This document shows, one piece after another, positions 37,601 to 52,333 of a stretch of DNA of 64,000 nucleotides. The position numbers and the translations under genes are program-made. This stretch comes from Eledone cirrhosa (Eukaryota). The stretch's first letter is position 1; every line of letters starts with the position of its first letter. A model generated the notes under the pieces. The model searched no databases. It was not told where the DNA came from and was given only the letters and a program-made list of their open reading frames with translations. The DNA lies in assembly GCA_964016885.1 (NCBI GenBank), contig OZ024742.1, forward strand, positions 319,486,001 through 319,550,000. Direction: 5' to 3'.

Positions 37601-38215
37601 TATTTTATGTCTTTATGTCATCCTCACTAGGTTCTTGAGTTGTAAAATTGTAGTGAGATAGATAATCAATTTCCTCAACTGAAATAGTTTTAGATTTTTT
37701 TTTTTATTGTTGTTTTATCCTTCTATGATATTTTTGTTAATTTCACATCCATACTCAGCATTACCCTGTACTGTAGAACGAGAACAGATATATGAAAAGT
37801 AGATGGTAGATGTTTTGTACCTATTTAAGTAGAACAGATATTGATTTTGTGTCATAAATTACATTGAAAATGACTGTTACTCATCCTCTCTCCCCCTCTC
37901 TTTCTTTTTTATAGCTATATTTTCTTTATTTGCTACCTTTTCATCCCTATATTCATATAATGGGATCTTCTTGGCATATGTTCCTTTGCTCACATTAGCA
38001 CTTCTGTCAGGCAAATAAGCTTGAACAATGCACTTAGTAATAAAAGGCAAGAAGTTGAAAAACTGGTACTATATGTAATGATGGATTTTTTGGATTTTTG
38101 TGAACAATCTTCTTTTAATTTGAGTAGTAGACATATATTTGTTAGCATTTACTGACATTTTTCATCGCTACAAATGCAAATAACTCATAAAAGAAACAAA
38201 CAAAAATATGTATCC

Positions 38216-38425
38216 AGGTGTGTGGTCATGTGATTCGGCTGTTGGATTCACAATCACAAGATTATGAGTTCAACTCTTGGACTGTGCGACACATTGGGTT
38301 CTTGAACAAAACACTTCATTTCACAGCTTTTCATAAGACTGAGGCTCCTATAATTAAAACACTCGAGAAACCTCTAAAACAACCTCGTAGGAGGTTAGCT
38401 AAGCCTGTATAGATGTGAGCTGTAA
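38216..38425 (+). mobile_element. SINE group 2, tail type II, between ~145-bp direct repeats
   Basis: Head and core ttcttgaacaaaacacttcatttcac plus tail; flanks 38068-38214 and 38456-38594 are homologous. Confidence 0.7.
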
Positions 38426-39007
38426 ATTTCATTTCATGATTTTCTTTTTTTTTGTTCATATGTAATGATAGATTTTTAGGAACGATCTTTTAATTCAAGT
38501 AGTAGACATATATTTGATAGCATTCACTGACATTTTTTTTTATTGCTACAAATACAAATTACTCATAAAACAAAACAAAAATAATTACATGTATTTGTTC
38601 TAGTGCTGTGTGTCATGAGTTCAAACCTCATATCAGCAAAAATGCAATGATGTTCGTGTCAGAAGTTGCAACAGGCAGCTAATATCAATAATAGAAACAC
38701 CAATGAAAATGTTTCCTTGGATTGATCTGATTTGCTTCCTTTCTCACCACACTCTTTCTTTTTGTTTGTGCATGTGTGTTCTCTTTCTCCAACAAAGAAA
38801 GAGGCATTTCAATTAATTAAGAATTTTCTACATAAGCATTCTGTACACCACTCTTTAACTTTATTACCCAAATCCTCGCCATTTGCTTCATTTCCCTTAG
38901 TACATTTTATTTTTAAAACTCAAAATGCCTTTCTTTGCAAACATTTCATTTATTCTAAGCTCAGGAAAATAGATATAAAATCGACTGCTCTGATTTCTTT
39001 AAACTTA

Positions 39008-39249
39008 AAACCCTTTCATTAACATATTTCTACGCTGCCTATGACTTTCAATTTAGTTTGAAATTAATCAAAAGTTTATAGGGATTTTGTAAAATATGTA
39101 AGTTTTTCATAAGCTGACATTTTAATTATAATTTAACAAAATTTTCTTATTTAAAATTATGATGAAAAGTTTAAATATGAACACTTTGAAAACAGATTTG
39201 TATTGTAGAACTAGGGGTGATTTTAAGTGATTTGGTATCAGAAGGGTTA
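39008..39249. mobile_element. MITE family with CCCTTTCATTACC / GGTATCAAAAGGG ends (piggyBac-like)
   Basis: Related copies at ~39429-39648, 43671-44067, 47216-47410 and 48835-49068, several bounded by (T)TAA. Confidence 0.55.
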
Positions 39250-41174
39250 TATCCTAGAGATAGTGGTACACTTGATAAGTACAGTTATTGGCATAAACCC
39301 CACCAACACTAGTAATGATAGTGGTACACTTTCATAAAATATTGTTGTTTGAACAAAATTGTAGTTGATAGAAAATAACATAAAATTTGACTGTATCAGC
39401 TGTTTTAATTTTCCACTTTCTCTCTGATTAACCTTTTCATAAGCATTTTTATAACGAAATACACTTTATTTCAGTTAATTAATGAAGAATTTTGAGGGAT
39501 TTACTAAAATTGTTTCATTATGAAGATAGTTACTTGACATATGGTTCATATATGAAGATTTCAATTTAAATAGGAACCCTTTAAAATGGATAGTTTTGTT
39601 TCACAGAACCACAGCCTACATTGGCTGGGTTGATATCAAAAGAGTTAAGAGTGTGCAATCATGCAGGCATATTATTTAAAATTTTTGTCATATCAAACAC
39701 ACTATGCCTGGCTCTAGGAAAAGCATCCAACTATAAAACTACCATTCTAATTATCTGTGCTTGAATGCACTAAATGTTATTCCTTCTGCTATATATACTC
39801 AACTGCCCTTTTCCAGTACTTGGTGCTTTTGGCATGGAGCCAAAAGTAGCTAGGTAAAGCTAACAGATTCTTTAAAGCAGAGCCAAATTGATATTAGAAA
39901 AATAAAACAATTAAAAGAAAATTGCACTGAAAAAGAAAAAAAAATATGGTTGATTTAACCCCCCCCCCCCCCCCCCCCCCCCAAAAAAAAACTTTTATTC
40001 ATTTAAATTCTTATTTTTTTCTTTTTTTTTATACAAAATGCTTCACACAGCACAAATATGCCTCAAATTTGTATGTATGAATGTTTACGAAGTTCACTTT
40101 ACAACTACTTGGTGTCAAGTTCTATCCTACTGCATGACACCTTGGGCAAGTATCTTCCATTATTGCTTTGGGTTAAGCAATGCTTTGTGAGTGAAATTGT
40201 TAGACAGAAACTGTACTGAAGCCTGTTGTATATGTGCATGTGCACACAGCATTTATTACTGACATTTGTTTATGTTGTGCATAAATAAACACCTACGGTT
40301 AAACATTTTGTCATATAAAGACCAATATCTGACAAGTAATCATTGGCATCATGTAATTTTTCTTCAAAATGTCTCCTCCAACCCAAACCAAGCATGAAAA
40401 AAAAACACTCTAAAACAATGATGATATATGACTCTCCCTCTCTCTGTGATTGTTATATAATGACTGATGACCAAACAAATAATTATAAGGCCTTACTTTA
40501 CTAGAGTCACAATGTTGTGCCCCAAGGCAAAACACATGTCATTATTCAAACAGGATAAAATTATGTGTCTATTCTACTTCATTGAATAGGAAGAAGAAGC
40601 ATTTAGCAGTAACAATTGCTCAAACAATGTGTAAGTCTCCAAATTAAAGGAGGAAGGACTTTATCTTTATTGGAGGGTGGTCTTAGATTGTGCATGACAT
40701 AAGTTAGTTTCATAGAATACACAATCAAAATTGATTACTTAATTTAAAAAGAAAAAATTTATTCATATCCATTTTTTCTTACTTGTAACCACTCTAATCT
40801 AGTTATGATAGGAAGAGCATTCAGCTGTGTCAAAGATATGACAACCACTCTAGAGTTGGTGTCACAATAAAATCCACTTGGTAGAAAGTGGGAAAGTATG
40901 TAAGCGAGGTGTTGGACCCCGTTCACTTGAGTGATCAGTAACTCTACCCGAGTATTGACTTGGTCTGTGACAACCCATCCAAAACCTTGCTAGCAGGGAT
41001 AACCAACATTAAATGATAACGATGTGATGGATGCACGCACACGCGAAATAAAATGACTCCAAACTATATCTAACAAAATCTTTAAAACAATACCATAAAA
41101 TCTTCTAAACCTGACTTAAACTACTGTTTAGTAAGGGTACTGATGTTTTATTTAAATGTATATTAGACATACAT

Positions 41175-42034
41175 GAAATTACAAGTTATCTCCATCCAAA
41201 TACGACCTTTGGGAAGTCACACCACACAGTGGTTCAAATGTTTTTACCATTGATTGTAGCAATACCAGAAGTCATTTTCTCTGAGTGTCCTTAGCTTGTC
41301 AGTTACAATCTTTTGTATGTTTTCTACAGTCTCCAAATGATGACCCTTCAACTTTGATATCAACTTAGGGAAAAGAAATCACATGGAGCTAAATCTGGGC
41401 TGTAAGGAGCATGTGGAAGAGTGGGAATGTTTTTCTTTGCCAGAAATACTCCAATTGAAAGTGCTGTGTGACCAGGCACGTTATCATCATGCAGTACCCA
41501 TGAGGACTTCTGGTGTCCTTGGCCCCTGGACTACCTCCCTACTCACTACCATTGGCACAGAATTGGTTACCCGCGGATGTGAGCCCCACAAGCTGGAATG
41601 GTTTTTCAGAGACGGAGGCAGTGACAGTGGGAGTTTAGTTCCATTGTGTTCGGACCTGGTGTATATGTATTTAACAACATTTTCTCAGTCCTCTTCGAAA
41701 GCTTTGTGCTACTTAAAAATCTTACTTCTCGATTGAGTGGCATCTCCATAAGCTTGTGTTGAAGAATTAAATGTTTCCGTGGCAGACTAGTTGAGTTTCA
41801 CACAAAATTTGATCGCGTACTGTTGTTCAATATTTTCCTGCATTGCAAACATAACAGAGGTTATAAACATATCTATATTTAAACAACAACAACTCACAAC
41901 CGACTCAATTGATCATGCTGAAACAAGTATGTATGTGCAGACATGGTCATAACCAATATGCCCGTATACATCGATGTGCTGCATTATCATGTCATACAGA
42001 AGAAAATAAATGTCCCTACTTTTGAGAATACCTT
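41175..42034 (-). mobile_element. Mariner transposon remnant, internally deleted
   Basis: Minus strand reads MQENIEQQYAIKFCVKL (N-terminus) and HDDNVPGHTA...PHAPYSPDLAPCDF (C-terminal mariner signature), with stops and frameshifts. Confidence 0.85.
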
Positions 42035-42283
42035 ATATATGGTCTCCTATGAAGTTGTATCTCATAGGTGTTTTAATGATAGAGCCCCCTTTTTGAGAAG
42101 CAACACATAATATAGTGTCTTACTCAAGGACACAATGCACCATCTGGAGCTGCTATAATAAAATGCACTTGGTAGAGAGTGGGGAAGTATGTAAGCGAGA
42201 TGAGAGGTCAGTAGTTTCCCTTGACTACCAACTTGGTCTGTGATGACCCATCGAAACCTTGCTAGCAGGGAGAATGAGCATTA

Positions 42284-42284
<1 letters not shown>

Positions 42285-42354
<70 letters not shown>
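42285..42354. repeat. (GT)n microsatellite
   Basis: Seen directly. Confidence 0.95.
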
Positions 42355-42356
<2 letters not shown>

Positions 42357-43314
42357 TTCAACAACATTGTAGTAAATTAGAGATTAAACTGCTATTTCTC
42401 ACAAATTGAACCACCACCTAAAGTCAGTCATTGGTTTAGTAATCTGGTAGTTGTAATATTAGGTTTAGTTGTACATAGTACTACTGTTTTTACTTCCCAG
42501 TGTTTATTATATTCTATTGAATTACAGTTAAAGTACCTATTTTGTTTCTGCTTTCACAAGTCAGTTAGGTGCTTAGAATTTTTGTACATGTTTATTGAAA
42601 TATTACAAATGTATTCTTAGAAATTTTGTACATGTGTATTGAAATATTTGCTAATGTATTTTCATCATATCGTAAAATATCTTTCAGATTTATTACTTAA
42701 AATTTTATGTCTAAAACTTTCTCAAAAGTTTACGATATAGTTGTGAAAATGGCTATTTATGTAGATGTTCATGTGTGTATGTCCACCTGCCTGTTTGTCT
42801 ATTATTCCATCTATCCACTCACCCACACACACATATCTATCCATCTTTCTCTCTCTCCACCCACCCACCCACCCACCCACACTGCAGTATTTTGTTGGTG
42901 ATCAAGTTTCACCATTTACCTGTCATGTGATTATACAAACCATTTCTATACTGATTTCCATTTCCAGAATCTCAAAATCTTAGCTGGATTTTATGGTGTT
43001 TGAGAAGGAAAATAAATCTTCAGTGCATATTGATGCAAATGCATTACAAATCTTACACACACTTTGTGTGTGTATGAGAGAGTGTGCGTGTGAGAGACCT
43101 ATTCAGAAAATAACACTAAACTTGGCATATTGCATGCAACACTGTGACTTGTCTTTTTTCTTTTTTATAAACTTTACTAGTAGAACTGTTGTAAATTGCA
43201 AAGATATTCAGGCTTGGAATCAGTGTTATTTGTTCTTTACTGCAATTCTCTGTCCTTTTATTAAATCCAATTCCTTAGTATGGTTAACACCTCAGTATTT
43301 TGGAATGCTATAAT

Positions 43315-43505
43315 ATAATTGTTTCTACTTTTGGCACAAGGCCAGCAATTTCCCAGTGTATTACTGGTACTTTATTTTATCGACCCCGTAAGGATGAAAG
43401 GTAAAGTTAACCTCGGCGGGATTTGAACTCAGAATGGCAAGGGCCGTAACTCTATGCGTCAAAGCATGGCGTCCGACTCTCTACCGATACTGCCAATTCA
43501 CCGCC
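43315..43505 (-). mobile_element. SINE group 1 (subfamily a), full length
   Basis: A/B boxes and core; TSD ataatataat. Confidence 0.92.
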
Positions 43506-43670
43506 ATAATATAATACTAGCTATAATATAATACTAGCTAATAGATTTTTTTTATAGCTATGAGAAAGCAAAGCAATCTTTGAGGAAAATTATATTTTTT
43601 TAGCATTTCATTGTTTTGTTTTTCTAGGGATAATTGCCTATTAAGATTGTAGTCATATATAGGTTTATAT

Positions 43671-44067
43671 AACCCTTTCATTACCATATTATATAGTTGT
43701 ATATAGGTTTATTTCTATATTATATAGTTATTTCTAGGTTTATTTCTATATTATAAAGTTATTTCTATATTATATAGTTGCATATAGTTTTGTATAACCC
43801 TTTCATTACCATATTATATAGTTTTGTATAAACCTTTCCTTACAATATTTCCAATGAAATATGCTGTCTATGATCATCTATTAATTTTTTAAATAATCAA
43901 GAATTTAGAGGGATTTAATAATAAAACTTTCTCATTATTAAGCTGACGGCACATGACCTTGTGGTTAGTGTTGGACTCAATCAACTGGGTGATTCATCGT
44001 GTTCATGATCAAGGTGCTTTATTTCACATTGTTTCATAGAATCAGGGTTGGTATCAAAAGGGTTAAG
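43671..44067. mobile_element. MITE with tandemly duplicated left end and a nested SINE fragment
   Basis: aaccctttcattaccatatt repeated 2-3 times; right end ggtatcaaaagggttaa. Confidence 0.55.
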
Positions 44068-46764
44068 TTGTTAAAGTGTGATTTGAAAGATTTAGTAGCA
44101 TATTGCAAAACATTTTCCATATTTTAATATCTATCACTAGATTCTAACCACATTCAACATTAGTAAAACTTTCAACTCTTATCATATCAACTACACATCA
44201 AAGAAATGCTTACTATATTACCTAGAACAAGGGTGGCCAACCTGTGGCACCCAGAAGATATTTTTTTCTTAATGATTTTTTTTAGATTTAAGCAAAAAAA
44301 AAAAAAAGTTGACTTTAATTTTTTGGCTGTCATTTCAGAAGTGGATTATGTGTATAATCTGTTACTCAAAAATTCCCATGGGCATTTGACGGATTTTCTC
44401 TGAAAGATTATCATTGGTGTGGGTACATACTGTGAAAGGGCTTACAAACAATTGATGGCTCACCAAGTTCACATCAAAATGGCATATATAATTACTCTTC
44501 AACTGGATAACCTTGAATCCACTGCTTTATAAAGGGTTTTACATTCACCTGTTATATCCGCCACCTTTCAAACACAATGTATCCATAGCTAATTTAGGGA
44601 TTGTTGCCCTTGGTATATACCTCTCCTCTTGAAAAGGATATAAAGGAATAGAAGAAAGAATGATATTACAATTTAGTCCCCTTTCTGATTCTATGCAAAA
44701 ATTATTGTTTGTTTAGGATTTCTTTCAGTTTTATTAAATCCATGTCAATTGAATGCAGTTTACTAAATGGATACATAAAACAGGCAATAAAGATTTATCA
44801 TTATAGATTTCTCTCACACAAATACCACACATAGATACATAAAGAGGTTTTTTTTGGTTCCACATCTACAGATTTACTACATTACTAATGTGCTATACAC
44901 ACGTTTTCAATAAAGTTCATAAGTTTGCATGCCATAGGGAATAGTGGAATCTGATGTTTCAGGACTGACAAGAAAATTATCAGTTAAAAATGTTTTTGCA
45001 CTTGAAAATATCTTTTTCTCTCCCAGATAAATAGTCAATTCCAAAACAAGATTTCTCTCTTTGCTTGGGATATAAACTTATCCAAACTTATAAACTTAAT
45101 TTTTGTCACCACAGATCACTACCAGGTATTGAGACTGTGTTACGCACATTCACACACACCCAATCAATAATGTCAACACCGAACATCTTACATACAGAAA
45201 CATATCATTTATAATGTCATAATACACAGAGGTCAAAATAGTACTTTAGCTCTGTGGACATTCAGTGACATATTTGCCACAAATAAAGTAAACAAGAAGT
45301 TTATAAAACACTGCATCATCAAGTTTATCAAGAACTTGCCAAAATTAACTCTTTTTCACAAACCACAATATTGAGATATTTTTTTTGCTGGTTTCAATCA
45401 TTAGACTTGAAAGTTTTAGTCAACCAACCCCAGTACTTTTTCTTTTTCCCAGTTCTACTACTTATTTTCTCTTGAACTGATAAACAAAGATGCACACACT
45501 TAACATAAAATTTATAATAATATTTTCATTCATGCTACATGGATTTTACATATATGCCCAACTAAAAGACAACCCCTTCATAAAATTATTTCCAGGTTTT
45601 CTTCTAATGAGAATAATCATAGATATACACACATACCAGATTGGCAGCTTTGTTAATGTCCTGAGAAACTTAAGCTCTCTTAATGTCTCAACAATGATTC
45701 CACTGGACTTCTGTAGATATAAAAGACAAATTGTATGAAGCATGCTCAGACTACATCAGTAAATTCCTGTAACATTTAGCATGCTGAGTGTGTATGTGTG
45801 TGTACACACATATATACACATACATATACCATCATACAGTTTCTAGGTTTGTTGATAATTCTGAAAAATGCCTACCTGCTGCCTCATGGTAAATTTTTTG
45901 TCTGCTTACAAAAAAAGAGATGACCACTTGCACTACCAGACAACTAAAACAAAATCTTTATACTGAGATCGCTTTTTTTTACCACTAGTTTATTTATTGC
46001 AATAATCTTTATTTTTATATTAATTAGTATCTTTTATACTTTTGGTACCAAACTTATAGTTTTAAATTTTCCATATTTAAATTAGAACATTCTATCATTA
46101 TTTAATATTAGAGTATTTTATTAAGTTCCAAACACCATCTTATCAATGAATAAAAATCATCCAAAGTTCTTGATAATTTTCAAAATTAATTGAAATATAT
46201 ATAGTGTGTTTCATTAGAAATGTGATGATAGAATGCATTAAAAAAAGAAAAGAAATTCTTCAACTAGCAGGATTGTCAGATTGGGTTGCAAGTAGCAGAT
46301 TATGATACTTTTATTTTCTTTTTTCATTTAGGTTACCTTGCTACTTAAAAATTCAAACTTTTTAGAGTAAGAATTCTCTTGAATATCACATTAAATTATC
46401 AAATAACTTAATTAGAATCAACCTACAGGCAATTTCTGCATTATTATTGATAGAATTCTCATTTTGGGTTATTATTCTCTAACAAAATATGCTACTTTTT
46501 ATTAAATTTATCTGACAACCCTAGACTGTAGCTTTCTGAACAACAGTATGACAATTGTTAATCAGAGTTTTTGCTAAAGCACAAGTTAGCCTTGTGGACA
46601 GCATGAAATTCTTCATGCTCATCATGGGGTTAATTCTTCTTTTTTTTTTTTTTAGTAGCCAGATGCTCTTCATTGCCCAACCCTCTAACAACATGCAGGG
46701 ACACAGTGTACCTATTCTAAACTGGATGTATGCAGCATTTTCATGCTGGTACTAATCTTTTAGC

Positions 46765-47012
46765 ATAGGGTCGGACACCATGCCTCGCAACAAAGAGTTA
46801 CGGTCCTTTATGGTCTGAGTTCAAATCCTGCCGAGGTTAACTTTGCCTTTCATCCTTACAGGGTCGATAAAATAAAGTACCAGTAATACACTGGAATAAT
46901 TGCTGGCCTTGTGCCAAAAGTAGAAACAATTATTTCTATCCTTACAGAGTCGATAAAATAAAGTGGCAGTTATGCACTGCGATAATTGTGCCAAAAGTAG
47001 AAACAATTATTT
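46765..47012 (+). mobile_element. SINE group 1 with tandem duplication of its 3' half
   Basis: Core to agaaacaattatt at 46932, then atccttacagagtcgataaaataaag...agaaacaattatt again. Confidence 0.85.
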
Positions 47013-47649
47013 CTGTTAACCACATGAGATGTGAAAATATTACTGTATTTTGTCATTGTGCCAGATGAAATTTATGTCATCTGGCATTCAGGATATTTCA
47101 TTTTGAGCCTTCAGTTGTATCTTTCTCTCTTCTATTGTCACTATAATGATTTCTCTTTCAATCTTATTCTTACCTTCATTTCTATATTTGTAACTACTGC
47201 ACCCTCATTTTTACTTAACTCTTTCGTTACCATATTGTTTTCAAATAATTTTTAGTATAATTGTAACTAACTTTTTTATTAAGCTAGTGTGTAGAACATA
47301 ACTTAAAGGTTCTTACATAAAATTATGATGGGAGGTTTTTTTTAGATAAATATAAACACATTAAAACCTAGAACCAAGAACTGTTTCAGTCAGTTTAGTA
47401 TCAAAAAGATGAAGCTATCTTTCTTTCTGAAATCTACACTGAAGTATAAACATAACCAGCCTTATTTTCTTATCAAATCATAGTGAAGAAATTACTCCCC
47501 ACCCTGCAATTTATTAAAATATGAGTTTGTACTGAATGGATTTAAAAAGGCAGGGAGAAATTCAAAACAGAGTTTGAAGAAAATTGTTAAAAGTCCCTAG
47601 AGTTTAAATTTTAACAGGTAATATTTACAGGATTAAAAGAAGAAACCAA

Positions 47650-48312
47650 ATTTTCTGCTGGTTCAAGGTAAACAAACTCTTACAGGCACAGAAGTGCAGT
47701 CAGACGAACTTGTCCAAATGTGAGCAGACTGATGAAACCATTCTGCACACACACTCGTCCTGTATCTGTGCATTACTGCGATATGGAGTTTTATTGAACA
47801 GCTATTATCACATGTTGGACGGATCCGGCTATCGACCAAGTCCATCATGAAATTGCCCTTTCTTTTGGCTGGGAAGGGCAAGTAGTTTTCCTCTGACTAG
47901 TGGTTGTGACAAAAGAGGTTGTGAGGTGGGTGTGGCTGAAAGGACTGAAGACAGATACTTTCCTCTTTGGCCAAGCCCTCATCCACTTTTTTTAAGTTCC
48001 ACTTGGAAAAGAAAGTGAGGGTGGCGAGGGAAGTGCTGTCCTCCCAGTACATTTGTTAAAAGGTCGGTAAAAGTAGTGAGGATGCACCTGTAGGCTGGAT
48101 GATTTGGAGAGGGTCGTCCTCCTAGGGTGCCCTTGGATTAGAGGTATTCCTGACTCACCCCTGGGTGGAACTCCCTACAATTGGAAAATTTTATTATGTA
48201 TTATCTTTTTTTATTTTTTTGTGCGCTGTTATATGTAAGCCCCCACTCTCCCTTTTTTTTTGTATTGTCCTCTGTGTTGGACCTTGTGGGCAATAAAGAA
48301 ATCATCATCATT
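47650..48312 (+). mobile_element. L1/Tx1-clade LINE 3' end, degenerate
   Basis: Frameshifted CCHC-knuckle-like segment (RTCP...EQTDETILHTLV...IWSFIEQLL); pyrimidine-rich UTR, AATAAA and (ATC)n tail. Confidence 0.65.
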
Positions 48313-51300
48313 ATTATTGTTTTTATTTTTACTTTTTGGTAGTTTGTTAACTGCTACATAAATATTTTTCTTGAAGATTAAAAAAAAATATTCATGCTAT
48401 GTCCATCATGTTATGGTAGTGGGCAAAGTAGATTGTTCTAACAATTCTTTGCTAAAAGAAATGATGCACAGTATGAATCATAGACCACAAATGCAAATAA
48501 CATCTATTTATCAGGTGGTATTGATGGAATCATGATCTATTTAAGTAAGAATTACTTAAGAAATAACAGCTGTAGAATGATGTGTTTTATGTTTTATGTA
48601 GTCACTTAACTGTTTTGATGTTGATTGTAAATGTATTTGATGATGTGTGCTATATTTTGCTGTACTTAAAATAATTTTCCTGGATATTTCAGAAATGTTT
48701 ACAAGATTTTATTTACATTTATTATAAATGACATTCTTTTGGGATGATGGTAATACTGGTAGTGTAGACAATTGGTTTATCTTAATAATTTGATAACAAT
48801 CAGACCAACTAAATAGTAGACTGACCAGGCTTTAATCCTTTCATTACCATATTTTTAATGAAATACATTGCCCATGATTTTCAAATCATTTAAAAAATAA
48901 TCAATAATTCAGAAGGATCCAGTAATGTGACTAATGTTTTTTTTAATCACTAAGTGTGTGTTTGGTTCTTACATGAAATTATCATGGAAGGTATATATAC
49001 CTTTTAAAATATACATATTTGTATCATAGAATCAGCAGCAGTTTTGGGTGGTTTGGTATCAAAAGGTTTCATAACTGCTTGAAGATTAGGTAATAATTTG
49101 TGGATGAGGAATACTGAGTGAAAAAGTGCTAGGGAATACCAGTGGAAGGAATGTGTAGAAGACTATAAGAAAACAAAAACAAAAACAAACCTGTGCAGAG
49201 TTGTTAGAGCTGATCTCAAGATATTGAACCAAGGCGATGATAAAGGAATGTTTCAAGTGGAGGGAAATTGTGATAGAAAGGACCTACCCAACCTATGTAA
49301 GCATGATGATGACTTGGGTTAGGATCCACTTTGGTTGTGTTGAGTCAGCTCCAACCACTAACATTTAAAAAAATGTTTTAACGATAAAAGTATTCTATTT
49401 ATATGCTGTTATCACTACAACTGTTGGCATTAGTTTCATACCTCCTTACATCATATTTAGTATAAGTGAGATACTTCAGTAGTGGTATTGAAACTGAAAT
49501 ATTCAAGAACTTTGTTTGTGAAGGCAGTTTTTATTTTTCTAATGAAAAGAGGCATTTTAAAATCGATCAATCAAGTTAAAAATCCATTAGACACCAATTT
49601 TACTTTTATTCATTATGAAACCTCTTAATGGATATGTACACCATCTTATGGATTACTATTTGAAAAGTCTATTACTATAACTAATAATATTAGTCTGAAG
49701 TGAGGTGGGGCTGCATAAAAATACAATAAGCTTAAAGATGAGCAAATAAATTTGTCCGCATTATCACTGGCTCTTAGCATCTTGTACAATGGTTCAGTTA
49801 TGGTTTATAGATATTTAGTTATTTTTAAATTCATAAGTTTTCTTAGTTTTCTCGCAGATTTGATTTGGACAAAATATTATTTGAAGAAATTTATATTGAT
49901 TGCCCCTCCCCTGATCCATTTGCGGGAACAGTTATTTTGGAATTTGGCTGATACAGGTTATTTTCTCAATTCTACTGCAGCAAGTAATAGTAGGACTAGT
50001 AATGGTGTAGCTATCATTTATGTATTTATTCTCACTGTTTCATTATCTTAGTGGTGTGGATATCAGGTACTCATAATAATGCATAAATCTGCATCTATAA
50101 ACTTTCATATTCATTATAAATTCAGGTACAATGTATGCGTGAATATGGGGATTTTAATTTACTGGCAGATCACCTTCAGTTATGATTATCTGCTAGGCTG
50201 GCTATGATACAAACCATTATCATCATCTTATGTATGTTTTACTATTTTATGTTTTTTATTTTCATATTTCCCTATGAGTCCTTTGTAGTTCATTTGAAAC
50301 AAAGTTCCTAAATCCATCATCAATGTTTCTAGACGTTCACAATCTCCATCAAAATGTGAAGTATTTTTTGGCTTTTGTACTGCTTCTTTTATTGTAGGCA
50401 AATGTACTCTATGAAAATTTCCCCACCAGAATTTGTGTTGACTTTATTGCTGGAATTTAAAAATTTAGGATAATTTAGACATTATCAGTCATGTATTAAT
50501 TTTGTCTATGATGTATTTTGTTTGTAGGTTTATTTTAACATTCTATTGTGATATTTGTACCACTTCCATAAGTAATTGTCTATTTTTGTGGGGAATTCTT
50601 TAAAATATGGGTGTGTTGTCCACTAATATTTTGCAATCCAGCTTTGATTTGCTGTGTGGTGTAGATAATTATAAGTTATTCATATCCTCATCGAGAAATT
50701 TTAAATATCAATCTCATCAACCTTACCTTCCTGGAAGGGCTTATATAGGTTTATAATAAATAATTTCTGGCATAGGCACAAGGCTACAAATTCTTGGAGA
50801 TTGCTTGCAGTACTTGACTGTTATTTTATAAATTCTAGATGGATAAAACACAAACTTGATCTGGGGAGGGATTTGATCTCAAACACAGGAGATTGATGAT
50901 AAAAATAATGATTTCTAGCACAAGCATACGGTCACAACTAATTATTACTTACATGTTAGTTGGTACAGCGACTGTGCATATGCTGTAAATTGCCCTTCCC
51001 TTGCAGTCAGCTGTTGATGGAACAGTTATATAAATAGAGCAAATGGATGACTTGGCCTGTATGATGACTGCTTGCATGTATAATAGTACAAAATTTGCAT
51101 GCAGTCATAGAATGATTTACAAGTTGCTCTGCATTTTTAACCCTTTAGTGTTCAAACCGCCCGAAACCGGCCAAAATTATTTCCCCTTCATCTGTTCAAA
51201 CTGGCCAATAACACCCATACTAAAATATCGTTCTAAAATAAACAAACCATCATCAAAATTTCGTCAATCCGAGATTACTGCGAGATTAGGCCCTTACCAC

Positions 51301-51383
51301 GAAAATTAACACTTAATATAGTGAAACAACTTAAAACGTGTTTTTTTAACGTTGAAAGTAGAACAAGTTTTTTGTGTATCAAT

Positions 51384-51833
51384 ATGGCTTGTGAAAGTAG
51401 CAATACCGACTTTGAAGGTTTTACACACGACAGCATTCAGAATGAACAAGAATCAAAAGATAATATTAGTGATTTATCTTCAAATGAATCAGATGTTTAC
51501 ATTTCTAAAATTTCATCCGACGATGATTGTTGTTTTGAAAGTGAAAACGAAATAGATCTCCAGGACGCCATTGAAAATATTACAGCAACGTGGTTGAAAA
51601 ATACCACACCAATATATGTTCCCGATTTTATTCAAAATACTGGTCCACAACACACATTAGCTCCCGATGCTAAAGCACTGGATTATTCCTTTTTGTTTTT
51701 ACCACAAACTTTCTTCAAAGTTGTGGCAGAAGAGATTAATCAATATGCCCAACAACAGATTTCAAATCGAGGAAAACCCGATCTGTTTGGCGACCGACAG
51801 ATGCTGCAGAAATGCAAGCATTTTTTACTGTAA
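51384..51833 (+). pseudogene. piggyBac (PGBD-like) transposase N-terminal fragment
   Basis: Acidic N-terminus MACESSNTDFEGF..., then W...PDF...GP...ALDYSFLFLP..FF..VAEEINQYA; no DDD catalytic domain. Confidence 0.75.
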
Positions 51834-52143
51834 ATATTATGTTCGGTATAAAACAATTTCCAAGACTGTGGAATTACTGGAGCACTGATATAAGGTTTAG
51901 TGATCCTTATATATCAAGTATTATGCCGAAAACAACATATTTCAAATTAAACTAGTATTTGCACCTGGTTGATACTTCAAATATTAATTAATTTCATTTG
52001 ACCAAAAAAATCAGGTAAAATTATATAATTGTAAATTATTGATACTTAAACATCTACTGACAAAATTTCAAGCCGGCACATACAAATTTAAGAAAATTAC
52101 AAACAAATAAAATTGATAACCCTCTTGAGTATGATTAACTCAA

Positions 52144-52333
52144 AATAATTGTTTCTACTTTAGGCACAAGGCCAGCCATACCCAGTGCATTACTGGTACT
52201 TTATTTTATCGACCCCGTAAGGATGAAAGGCAAAGTCAACCTCGGCGGGATTTGAACTCAGATCGTAAAGGGCCGTAACTATGCTGGAAAGCATGGCGTC
52301 CGACCCTCTACCGATACTGCCAATCTACCGCCC
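52144..52333 (-). mobile_element. SINE group 1 (subfamily b) nested in piggyBac copy 2
   Basis: Full length; 15-bp TSD ttaactcaaaataat at 52135-52149 and 52335-52349. Confidence 0.93.

Noticed and set aside
51321-51833. 170-aa ORF as a domesticated PGBD host gene
   Set aside because: Lies inside TIR/TTAA-bounded element, lacks the catalytic domain, and the second copy is frameshifted
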